The position numbers and the translations under genes are program-made. This document shows, in pieces, positions 1 through 8,333 of a stretch of 64,000 bases of DNA. The stretch spans positions 43,455 to 107,454 of the forward strand of contig JBGCEJ010000006.1 in assembly GCA_045106235.1 (NCBI GenBank), read 5' to 3'. Within the stretch, counting starts at the first letter, position 1, and every line of letters begins with the position of its first letter. The DNA comes from Myxococcota bacterium. GTDB lineage: Bacteria; Myxococcota_A; UBA9160; UBA4427. The notes beneath the pieces were generated by a model. That model was given only the letters and a program-made list of their open reading frames with translations, did no database searches and had not been told where the DNA came from.

Positions 1-804
1 GCAGGCGACAAGTCTGCGGATCTGCTGGCCGCCGCGGGCCGAGGGAAGGGGCTGCGGGTCACCGAACTCTCGTACGAGACGGTCGGTGAGGGGCCGATCG
101 CGCCCGACTGGGTTTCGCCCCGGATTCGAGCCATCTTGCGCGATCCCTACCGCAAGGGAGCTCGGTACCAGAGAGCTCAGCTTCGGTTGCTCGATACGCT
201 TTCGCCGGACCAGGTCCTCGACGCCCGAACGCTTCGCGAACATCCCGATCACGAGGACAAACTCTTTCAGTACCGAGCGTTGGAGGGCCACGTGCCGGTG
301 CTGACTACCTGGCCCGCAACGCGAAGCTATACCGGTCCGTTTCCAGTGGTCCTCAAACGTCGCATCGCGAGCGGCGGGAGGGGGACATTCCTGGTGCGTA
401 CGCCGGAAGAACTCTACGCCCGGCTTCAAGTGGAGGCGGCCGAGGAGTGCATCTTCCAGGAATATGTAGAACTCGACGCCGACTACCGGATTCTAATCTT
501 AGGCTCGCGGGTCATTGCGACCGTGTCGCGACAGATCCGCGTACATGAGGAAGCAGAGGGAGCGCGGCTTGCGGTCAAAGTTGACGCGCCTGTGACGCTC
601 GCTCCCGCAGTCGTCGAAGACGCGAGACGCGTGGCCGAGATCTTCGGCTGCGACTTCTGCGGAGTCGATATTGTGGAATCGCGAGGGCGCCACTTCGTGA
701 TCGAGTGCAACGTCTCCCCGCAGTTTCGAAGCACCGCAAAACTCATCGGGCAGGACATCGCGGGAGAGGTCATCGATTTCCTCGTGGCGAAGGATGTGGA
801 GTGA
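1..804 (+). CDS. ATP-grasp ligase (RimK / alpha-L-glutamate ligase-like), 5' partial
   Basis: Frame 1 is open from base 1 to TGA 802-804. The C-terminal half reads RILILGSRVIATVSRQ...FCGVDIVESRGRHFVIECNVSPQF, typical of the RimK-type ATP-grasp fold. Confidence 0.75.
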   Translation, partial: AGDKSADLLAAAGRGKGLRVTELSYETVGEGPIAPDWVSPRIRAILRDPYRKGARYQRAQLRLLDTLSPDQVLDARTLREHPDHEDKLFQYRALEGHVPVLTTWPATRSYTGPFPVVLKRRIASGGRGTFLVRTPEELYARLQVEAAEECIFQEYVELDADYRILILGSRVIATVSRQIRVHEEAEGARLAVKVDAPVTLAPAVVEDARRVAEIFGCDFCGVDIVESRGRHFVIECNVSPQFRSTAKLIGQDIAGEVIDFLVAKDVE

Positions 805-1967
805 GTGTCGTCCCGGCTGCTGTCCGTGAAGTCGACGCGGCGTTAGTGAGGGTAGATCGCTCGACGGAGTTTCTTCGCCTCGTGACGCCGATCAACACGG
901 AGCAGGCCTGGGAAGATTTCGATCGATCCAACTTTGAGCGTGAACCCCGTTTTGTTCTGCCGCCACTCGACGCGGCACCACGCGAAGCTCTCGCAGCATT
1001 GGAGGCGGTTCCTGTTGCTGGCGTCGCGCACGCCGCGCTTCAGCGAATCTTCGGCGACCACTGCGAGCAGTTGCATCGCAAACTTCGCATGCTCGAGTCA
1101 CGGAACACGCCCGCCTTCGTGGCGGGAAGTCTCGAGGTCTTCGGCGGCGCAGATCCTGGGCTACTCCGTGAGGCCGAGAGCGTGCTCGAACGGGTCGCGT
1201 CACCTAGCACACAGGCATCAGGCGAGATCGTGACAGTAGACGCATTCGCACGGATCGCGCGGGAGGAATTGGCGCACTACGAGGCCATCTATCCGGAGTT
1301 CAGCTCCGTAGTCGAGATCGATCCGAACAGCTCCGGATTGGTCGTTTCGCATGGCCGCCTTCGAGTTGGAGCGGGCGCGCAGATATCCCGAAGTAGGGTC
1401 GAAGCGTTGCTCGCCCACGAGATCGGCACGCACGTGGTCACCTATGTCAACGGCAAGTCGCAGCCTATCCAACTGCTGTCATCCGGGCTTGCCGGCTACG
1501 AAGAGCTTCAGGAGGGCCTAGCATCCTTTGCAGAGTATCTGGTCGGCGGGCTCAAAGCGGATCGCATGCGACAGCTCGCGGCGCGCGTGGTGGCCGTTCA
1601 CCTGATGATCGAAGGAGCCGGCTTCATCGATATCTTTCGAAGGCTCCACGCTACGTTGGCGTTCCCGCCACGAGAGGCCTTCCTGATTTCCATGCGAGTC
1701 CTTCGAGGAGGGGGACTAACCAAGGACGCCATCTACTTGCGCGGGCTATCGAGGCTGCTGAGTTACCTGCGGGAGGAGGGCGATTTCGAGGAATTAATGC
1801 TCGGGAAGTACGCGCTCGGTCAACAGCCGTTCATTCGCCAATTGCGGGACGAGGGCGTACTCCATGGATCAGTCGTGCTTCCGCGGCATCTCGCCGCCGA
1901 CGGATCTCTCGCCCGCCTCGCTCGCGCTCGTCTAGGGATCTCGATGCCGGATCTCGTGTCCTCGTGA
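801..1967 (+). CDS. DUF1704 / QEGLA-motif protein (tyrosine/phenylalanine carboxypeptidase-like metalloprotease fold)
   Basis: HEIGTH zinc motif and YEELQEGLASFAEY (QEGLA) motif. GTG 801 overlaps the ATP-grasp stop (GTGA), with AAGGA 6 nt upstream. The 705-800 part of the ORF-track entry overlaps the previous gene. Confidence 0.8.
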   Translation: MSVVPAAVREVDAALVRVDRSTEFLRLVTPINTEQAWEDFDRSNFEREPRFVLPPLDAAPREALAALEAVPVAGVAHAALQRIFGDHCEQLHRKLRMLESRNTPAFVAGSLEVFGGADPGLLREAESVLERVASPSTQASGEIVTVDAFARIAREELAHYEAIYPEFSSVVEIDPNSSGLVVSHGRLRVGAGAQISRSRVEALLAHEIGTHVVTYVNGKSQPIQLLSSGLAGYEELQEGLASFAEYLVGGLKADRMRQLAARVVAVHLMIEGAGFIDIFRRLHATLAFPPREAFLISMRVLRGGGLTKDAIYLRGLSRLLSYLREEGDFEELMLGKYALGQQPFIRQLRDEGVLHGSVVLPRHLAADGSLARLARARLGISMPDLVSS

Positions 1968-2221
1968 TCCGCAGTCCATGGCATGGAAGGGGTTCGCCCC
2001 CTTGGCCCTGCGCGACACGAGTCGCGAGAGTCGAAGCCTGAACCGAGGTCAAGAACGGGTTTTCAGATTGTAACTATGTCCGGTATCGGCGGTCTTCTGC
2101 TAACCGGATGTCGCGTTACGCCGAGCGGGTCGCGCTAGAAAGTCGTGTGGTCTAGTCGAAATTTCCACTAGTCCGTTTGCATCTGAAGACACGAAGACTG
2201 CGCGTTTGCGGAGCCAAATTT

Positions 2222-2248
2222 CGACTTGACCTAAAGTTGACCTAAGTG
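2222..2248 (+). repeat. Direct-repeat motif CGAC-TTGACCT-AAAG-TTGACCT-AAGTG
   Basis: TTGACCT twice with 11-bp periodicity. A near-identical copy lies at 2474-2500, a collapsed copy at 24586-24602, and single CTTGACCT copies at 24698-24705 and (inverted) 2547-2554. Confidence 0.45.
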
Positions 2249-2322
2249 TCCGTCACGCACCTCTACGCACCGTAAACCTCGTAAACACCAATGAATTCAA
2301 GGATCGGAACACGTTGCCAACG

Positions 2323-2414
2323 GCAGGGGGAGCTGAGAGCGATCAGCGAGCGACGAGTATGAGAGGTCGCAGACCTCGAAGGGGATGCCAGTTCGAATCT
2401 GGTCTCGTGCTCCA
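2323..2414 (+). ncRNA. Non-canonical tRNA-like gene (class-II-like, 92 nt, encoded CCA)
   Basis: T-arm GCCAG-TTCGAAT-CTGGT (2387-2403). The 3' acceptor strand CTCGTGC pairs 6/7 with GCAGGGG (2323-2329). Discriminator T plus CCA (2411-2414). The D-arm is a 5-bp stem GCTGA/TCAGC with a 6-nt loop. The putative anticodon stem GCGAC/GTCGC closes an 11-nt loop. A terminator follows directly. It is not foldable into a standard cloverleaf by eye. Confidence 0.45.
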
Positions 2415-2417
2415 CTT

Positions 2418-2469
2418 AAACCCCCGATTGTTCTCGTGTATACGAGATGGTCGGGGGTTTTCTGTTGTT
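2418..2469 (+). terminator. Rho-independent terminator
   Basis: AAACCCCCGA ... TCGGGGGTTT outer stem, with inner stem TCTCGT-gtat-ACGAGA, followed by TTTTCTGTTGTT. Confidence 0.7.
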
Positions 2470-2473
2470 AGGC

Positions 2474-2500
2474 CTAGTTGACCAATACTTGACCTAGGTG
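2474..2500 (+). repeat. Second copy of the TTGACC-N5-TTGACCT direct-repeat motif
   Basis: CTAG-TTGACC-AATAC-TTGACCT-AGGTG, same orientation as 2222-2248, on the other side of the tRNA-like gene. Confidence 0.45.
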
Positions 2501-3343
2501 AGCTCTACTCGTGAGGCGAACGGCGAAGCATGCTTTCTAGGGAAGCAGGTCAAGTCTTGAGCGTCGGTTGTGCTTCGAGTCGACGACGCGATTCGTGTGC
2601 AACGTGATGGTTGCGTCCAGGACACAAGGCGTATACCGAGTCCTTCTTGTCCTCATTGGTCTCATAGGCGCCTCGAGCCGCGGCCTCTGTTTGTCTGCGA
2701 GGCTCGGTGAGTCCGCCGCGCCGATTGCGATGCCCCGGGGATCGGGGATTGGGCCACCCACTATTCGTGGTATTCAGGTCTCTTGGCTACTTCTTGGCTA
2801 TGAGGGCTGCGCAGTAAGCGGATTCAAAGGAGTTTCCGATTGCGCGAGACTTGCAGCGCCGCCGGCCGGCGCGAAATTGATCTTCCGACGTAGCGAAGTT
2901 CGGTTGGAGCGATCGCCTGTCGAACGCCCGGACAGGGTCACGACTGGCTTGGTGGCGCTATCGTCTCGATGTTGAGCTGACCCTCTAGACCCGCCAGACG
3001 ATGAACGAAGAACCCTTGATAGTCCGGCGACATTCCCATCTGGGTCAGGGCGGCGCGAGCGGGTAGACGGAGGTAAGGGGCCCCCTATGGGCGTTTGTGA
3101 ACCAGAATCTTCTCGAAAGTTGGGATTCGGACCGCACATTTCCGGCTTGAGAAGCAGAGTTGCCGATTTGTGGGGCATCAGGTGCGAGGATGGGCCGATT
3201 TCGATCAAGTGGGTGTCGTTGCTTTTTAGGCCCTGCCTACCTCCTGGATGGGGAGCGCCGGTGCGTTGAGGAAACCGGTTGCGATTCTTTGGGGAACCGA
3301 TGCCGAGTAAGAGACGGTCTTGGAGCTCCTTATTACGATGGAT

Positions 3344-5389
3344 CTAGGCGGATCCCGAATCCGATTCTCCTCTGTCGGGGGCGGAACCTGGCTGAATGAG
3401 CGGTAGCCGGATGCTGAACCTGGTCCCTACGCCATCCTCCACTTCGAAGTCCAAGATTCCGCCATGCTTTTCAGCGATTGATTGATAGGCGATCGAAAGA
3501 CCCTGCCCAGTTCCCTTGCCGACACCCTTGGTTGTAAAGAAGGGATCAAATACCCGTGCTCTCGCGGTCTCAGGAATGCCTCCACCATCATCTTCGATCA
3601 AGACACGTGCATAGTCGTCCTCCAGCAGTGTCGAGATCCGAACCTTTCCCAGAGTGGCAGTTCCTTCTCTATGCTGCTCGATTGCGTGGGCCGCGTTGAC
3701 GACGATGTTGAGGATGCACTGCTTGATCTCGCCGGCGTGGCAGGGGATGGTCGGTAAATCGTCCGCGAGGTCGAGTTCGACTTCGGCGACGTATTTCCAT
3801 TCATTGCGCGCAACTGTGACTGTGCTTTCGATCGAACGATTGAGATCGACCGTCTGAAAGCCCTCCGCTCCAGGATGCGAGAAGTCCTTCATCGCCTTGA
3901 CGATCTCCGCGACTCGAGAAATCCCATCTCGCGATTGTGCGACTGCGCCAGGAAGCTCTTTGATCAAGAAGTCGATGTCCGCTCTCTGAGCCGATTCGCG
4001 GAGCGTAATTAATGACGGGGGCAAGGCTGTCGCCTCGGCCTGCTCCGAGCCCGTTTCTTCCAGCACCGCGTCGACGGACTCAAGGATTTCTACAAGGTCT
4101 GCCAGTGAGTCGTCTAGAAATTCGAGGTTGTCGCTGACAAACTGCGCTGGTGTATTGATTTCATGCGCAATGCCCGCGGCGAGCTGTCCGATCGATTCGA
4201 GTTTCTGTGCCTGAAGCAACTTTGATTCGATTTCGCGCTGTTCGGAGATGTCTCGCATCATCGCTGCGAATGCGAGGTCCTCATTCACCGTGAATCGGCT
4301 GACGGTCATGACCAGCGGAAAGTGGTCTCCATTGCTCCGCTTCCCGCTGACCTCCCGTGGTCGCCTGAGCGTCTTGTCGTCTCCGAATCCGTATGTTGCG
4401 ATCCATGCACGTACGGCATCACGGTCGTTCTCGTCGAAGAGATCATCGAACTTGCGGCCGATGGCATTGGATCCGTCGACTCCGAAGATTTCAGCGGCGG
4501 CGTGGTTGAAGGCTGAGATCTCTCCCGCCTTGTCGAATGCGACGATGCCGTCAGCGGCCGCCTCTAGGATCGCTTTCGTCCATTCTTCACTCGCGCGAAG
4601 GTTGAGTGTCACTCCCTGCAGACGGCGGTCAATGATGCTGCTGATGATGGAGAGGCCGAGGATGAGTCCTGTGGCGATCCAGACGCCGAGGCCGAGCTGT
4701 CCGGGAGACAGAACGTTCGAGGGAACGACGCGATCCATGTCATGAAAGTGGAAGGAGGCCATCATGGCGGTGTAGTGCATCCCGGCCACAGCAAGGCCCA
4801 TCAGCAGGGCACTCGCAGCAAGTCCAGCGCGGTCGAACCTGAATACATGGTGGAAGCGAAGTTTGGCGGCCAGAGAGAGCGTAGCGAGTCCATGCGCCAC
4901 CAGAATAGAGAACGCGAACATTCTGGGCTCGTAGACCGTGTTCGCTTGCATGACCATCGCCGTCATGCCGAGATAGTGCATGGTGCCGATGCCACCGCCC
5001 ATGAGGAGCCCCCCGACGTTAAGTCGAAGCCAGCTCGGGTTCGATCCGCGCATAATATGGAGGGCGACGGCACTGGCGCCGATGCCGGGAAGCAACGAGA
5101 GCGCAGTGATGCTCATGTCGTAGGCGACGGGCATGTTCATCTCGTACGCGAGCATCCCAACGAAATGCATCGTCCAGATCCCGAAGCCCATCGCCAGCGA
5201 ACCTGCCACAAACCATGTTCGCCGCGAGAGAGCCGTTCGTGCATGGACCACACGTTCAGTCGTTAGGAGGGAGGAGTAGGCGGCGAGAGCGGCGATTGAG
5301 ACCGACAACAATACGAGTCCCGGGCTCAGGGTACCCGTCATGGCCTGGCTCAGATCGTGGCTTTCGTTAATGAAGGTCAAAGAATGCAA
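3344..5389 (-). CDS. MHYT-domain / PAS sensor histidine kinase
   Basis: Three MHYT motifs in N-terminal TM helices (MHFVGM, MHYLGM, MHYTAM), a PAS-like segment, H-box AAGIAHEINTP, and HATPase G-boxes (DDGGGIP, GTGQGL). Confidence 0.9.
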   Translation of the reverse strand: MHSLTFINESHDLSQAMTGTLSPGLVLLSVSIAALAAYSSLLTTERVVHARTALSRRTWFVAGSLAMGFGIWTMHFVGMLAYEMNMPVAYDMSITALSLLPGIGASAVALHIMRGSNPSWLRLNVGGLLMGGGIGTMHYLGMTAMVMQANTVYEPRMFAFSILVAHGLATLSLAAKLRFHHVFRFDRAGLAASALLMGLAVAGMHYTAMMASFHFHDMDRVVPSNVLSPGQLGLGVWIATGLILGLSIISSIIDRRLQGVTLNLRASEEWTKAILEAAADGIVAFDKAGEISAFNHAAAEIFGVDGSNAIGRKFDDLFDENDRDAVRAWIATYGFGDDKTLRRPREVSGKRSNGDHFPLVMTVSRFTVNEDLAFAAMMRDISEQREIESKLLQAQKLESIGQLAAGIAHEINTPAQFVSDNLEFLDDSLADLVEILESVDAVLEETGSEQAEATALPPSLITLRESAQRADIDFLIKELPGAVAQSRDGISRVAEIVKAMKDFSHPGAEGFQTVDLNRSIESTVTVARNEWKYVAEVELDLADDLPTIPCHAGEIKQCILNIVVNAAHAIEQHREGTATLGKVRISTLLEDDYARVLIEDDGGGIPETARARVFDPFFTTKGVGKGTGQGLSIAYQSIAEKHGGILDFEVEDGVGTRFSIRLPLIQPGSAPDRGESDSGSA

Positions 5390-5856
5390 AATTAACTCCC
5401 TGAATCCTGTCGCTGCGACGTTAAGGGAGTCCTGTGCGGGCGCGATATGACTTTTCTATCTGCACGGAAGCTAGGTCGGAAGCCCATGGTCGTCGGTGAT
5501 TCGGTGCGTATCGGCTGATCCTTGATAGATACACATCCTCCGAAACGTGGAATCTGGACCCACCGAAAGCCGGACCTCAGAATCTTCTTTTTTAGAGTGG
5601 GCCATTTTGACTCAAAGTGAGGCGGACGGTCCACTATACGCAAAGATGCGTCGAATGGTTACTGATTGCAGGATTGAGAATTAGTAGTTCACCCGATCGG
5701 GCGGATTGCTTTGGTAGCCGATGAGTGACCTATGCATCGTTCAGACCGGCTCTCTCGATCAATCGTAGTGGGAACATTATGGACGAGCGGAATTATGGGG
5801 CGATTGTACCTGGTGCGGTGTCCGGGGGGCGCTGTGGATTTATATGTTAGTCCATG

Positions 5857-5875
5857 TTGACTCGGGACGAGTCAA
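5857..5875. promoter_or_regulatory. Perfect 8-bp inverted repeat TTGACTCG-gga-CGAGTCAA
   Basis: Sits in the divergent kinase/regulator intergenic region, about 30 nt upstream of the ATG at 5906. Candidate operator or 5'-UTR hairpin. Confidence 0.35.
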
Positions 5876-5905
5876 AGGGCGAAAAGGGTATGGAGGCCTC
5901 GGATC

Positions 5906-7099
5906 ATGACGAAGGTGCTTTTTGTAGACGATGAACAAAGTGCGCTTGACGGTCTTCGCCGATCTTTGCATAAGCACTGTAAGGATTGGGAAATGCGCTT
6001 TGCCGTCGGAGGGGAGGAGGCGATCGCGCTGATGGCCGAGCAGGCGCCGGACGTGTTGATCAGCGACATGCGAATGCCAGGGATGGACGGATCGGCACTC
6101 CTGCGCGTCGCTCAGGAACGCTGGCCGGGGACTGCTCGACTTCTGCTGAGCGGATACTCTGATTCGGAGGCAATTATGCGCTCCACGCTCGTGGCCCATC
6201 AGTTCATGAGCAAGCCCTGCGACGGTGAAGAGCTTCGCGAGACGGTCGATCGCGCCAGCGCGCTTACACGGCTGATCGGGGACCCTGCCGTCCGGGATGC
6301 GATTGGTGAGGTCGACAAACTGCCAGCTGTACCCGAAACGTATCGCCAGTTGACGAAGGTTTTGGCGCTCGGGGAGGTGTCACTCGACATGGTGGGCAAG
6401 GTCGTTGCCAAGGATCCCGTCATCGCGGCGAAACTGCTCCAGCTCGTGAATTCGTCATTCTTCGGTTTGTCTCGTTCCATCAAGGAAGTGAGGGACGCGG
6501 TCTCGCATCTGGGCCTCGACGTAGTCCGCGACCTCGTGCTGACCCTCGGCGCGTTCTCTTGTCCGGGAGTGCCAGAGGCCACCCAGCGGACACTCAGGGC
6601 GGTCGCGAAGCGCTCGATGGCGGTGGCGACGGTCGCGCGCGCGATTGCGCCGGAGGAACATGCCGACGCCGCGTATTCTGCGGGTCTCCTCGTGGATGTT
6701 GGTCAGACAGTCATCGCAATGAGGATGCCGGAGGGCTTCGAGAGAGTCGCTGCCCAGTGCGCTTCCGGGCTCTCGCCGCGAGTCGAGACCGAGCGCGAAG
6801 TCATCGGCGCTGATCATGCGGCGATTGGAGCATTCCTTCTCACACAGTGGGGGCTTCCGTATGACCTAACGAGCTCTGTCGCGTTCTGTCACCGGCCATC
6901 GGAATTGGGCTGTGATGCAGCTCCGATCCTCACGGCACTTCATGTGGCCGACGCTTTGGTCGAGGAGGTCGTCGATAGCAGCTGGCGCGAGGGCGCAGTG
7001 TTCGATCACGAGTATCTGGAGCGAGCGCGCGCGCTCGAGCAGGTCGAAGAGTGGCGTGGTGCGGCCAGTGTCGCGCTTGCCACAACCGAGGACGATTGA
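5906..7099 (+). CDS. Response regulator receiver + HDOD domain protein
   Basis: Receiver signature VLFVDDE...LISDMRMPGMDG...KP. The HDOD-like part reads LPAVPETYRQL...DPVIAAKLLQLVNSSFFGL. GGAGG RBS upstream. Confidence 0.9.
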   Translation: MTKVLFVDDEQSALDGLRRSLHKHCKDWEMRFAVGGEEAIALMAEQAPDVLISDMRMPGMDGSALLRVAQERWPGTARLLLSGYSDSEAIMRSTLVAHQFMSKPCDGEELRETVDRASALTRLIGDPAVRDAIGEVDKLPAVPETYRQLTKVLALGEVSLDMVGKVVAKDPVIAAKLLQLVNSSFFGLSRSIKEVRDAVSHLGLDVVRDLVLTLGAFSCPGVPEATQRTLRAVAKRSMAVATVARAIAPEEHADAAYSAGLLVDVGQTVIAMRMPEGFERVAAQCASGLSPRVETEREVIGADHAAIGAFLLTQWGLPYDLTSSVAFCHRPSELGCDAAPILTALHVADALVEEVVDSSWREGAVFDHEYLERARALEQVEEWRGAASVALATTEDD

Positions 7100-8217
7100 T
7101 GAGTCATAGTCGAATTCTCTGCGTAGATGACGAGCAGAACGTGCTGGATGGACTCCGGCGAAACCTGCGTCGCGACTTTGACGTCACGATTGCCCTCGGC
7201 GGGGCAGAAGGTCTGAAGGTACTCGAATCCGAGGATTTCGAGGTCGTGGTGTCTGATTACCAGATGCCGGAAATGAGCGGGGCTGAATTCCTTGGCCAGG
7301 TTCGTGAGCGCTGGCCGCACGTCACGCGCATCTTGCTGACGGGCAATGCCGATCTAGACGCCGCGATCAAAACGGTCAACGAAGGCCATGTCTACCGGTT
7401 TCTTCTCAAGCCCTGTCCGAAGGAGGTCCTGATTCCCGCGCTCAAATCGGCGTGTGAGTTGAACCGCCTGGTGCGGGCGGAGCAGGTCCTTCTCCAGGAT
7501 ACGCTTCATGGCGCGGTTCGACTATTGATGGATGCGCTTTCTCTGGTGAGCCCTGACGCCTTTGGTCACTGTGGTCAGGTCGCGAGTCGGGCGGGCGAGA
7601 TCGCATCGGATCTTGGAGTGGATGAGCCATGGAAGGTTGAAATGGCGGCGCTCCTTGCGCAGGTCACGCTTGTCACGCTTCCGACCGAGACGGCCGAGAA
7701 GCTGAGGTCTGGCGAGGAACTTTCACGCGATGAACGCCAGATGGTGGAACGGCTGCCTGCGGTGGGGAGCAAGCTGCTCGCTCCGCTGCCAAGGATCGAA
7801 GACGTGTGTGAACTCGTCGAACAGCAGGGGGCGCCCTGGGGCGCAGGCGCGAGGCCCGAAACCAATCCTTCGTTGGGTGCCTCGGTCTTACGTGCCTGCA
7901 TCGACGCAGAACTCGTCGCGGCGCAGGGTGTACCATTCGCCGCTGTAATTCATACGCTCAAGCAGCGCAAGGATTTCTATCCGGAGTCCGTACTCGAATG
8001 CCTGGAACGGCATCCGCCGGACGAAGCGGACCAGGGGCGGGAGATATCCGCGATCGATGTCGTAGCGGGGATGGTCCTGCTCGACCCCATTCAATCGGTC
8101 GACGGGCGACTGCTCGTTGCGTCCGGGAGTACCCTGACGACCGCGACCGTCGAACGCATCCGGAATTTTTGTACCAACACGGAGATTAAGGAGCCCATTC
8201 GCGTGATGGGGGGATGA
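7099..8217 (+). CDS. Response regulator receiver + degenerate HD-GYP-like output domain
   Basis: ATG 7099 overlaps the previous stop (TGATG). Receiver signature ILCVDDE...VVSDYQMPEMSG...KP. The C-terminal helical domain resembles RpfG-type HD-GYP, but no HD or GYP residues are visible. Confidence 0.75.
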   Translation: MSHSRILCVDDEQNVLDGLRRNLRRDFDVTIALGGAEGLKVLESEDFEVVVSDYQMPEMSGAEFLGQVRERWPHVTRILLTGNADLDAAIKTVNEGHVYRFLLKPCPKEVLIPALKSACELNRLVRAEQVLLQDTLHGAVRLLMDALSLVSPDAFGHCGQVASRAGEIASDLGVDEPWKVEMAALLAQVTLVTLPTETAEKLRSGEELSRDERQMVERLPAVGSKLLAPLPRIEDVCELVEQQGAPWGAGARPETNPSLGASVLRACIDAELVAAQGVPFAAVIHTLKQRKDFYPESVLECLERHPPDEADQGREISAIDVVAGMVLLDPIQSVDGRLLVASGSTLTTATVERIRNFCTNTEIKEPIRVMGG

Positions 8218-8333
8218 TCGACCCAACCGGCACGGCCGGGTGCCGCATGGGCGACACTGATCTGTCGCTTGTTGCGCGATCCGCGCGTATGGGACCCACG
8301 AGGGGGAGGGGCACGTCCCTCGTGCCTGGCGGG

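Noticed and set aside
2323-2414. tmRNA (ssrA) interpretation of the tRNA-like element
   Set aside because: There is no G3-U70 pair, the discriminator is U rather than A, and no tag-peptide reading frame (ANDE...LAA type) or pseudoknot-sized body lies in the ~350 nt upstream. The element is only ~92 nt long.
2323-2414. Canonical selC (tRNA-Sec, UCA anticodon) interpretation
   Set aside because: No 7-nt loop with U33-UCA-purine can be drawn. The acceptor/T helices are 7/5, not 8/5. The discriminator is U, not G. It is kept only as 'tRNA-Sec/allo-tRNA-like features', not as selC.
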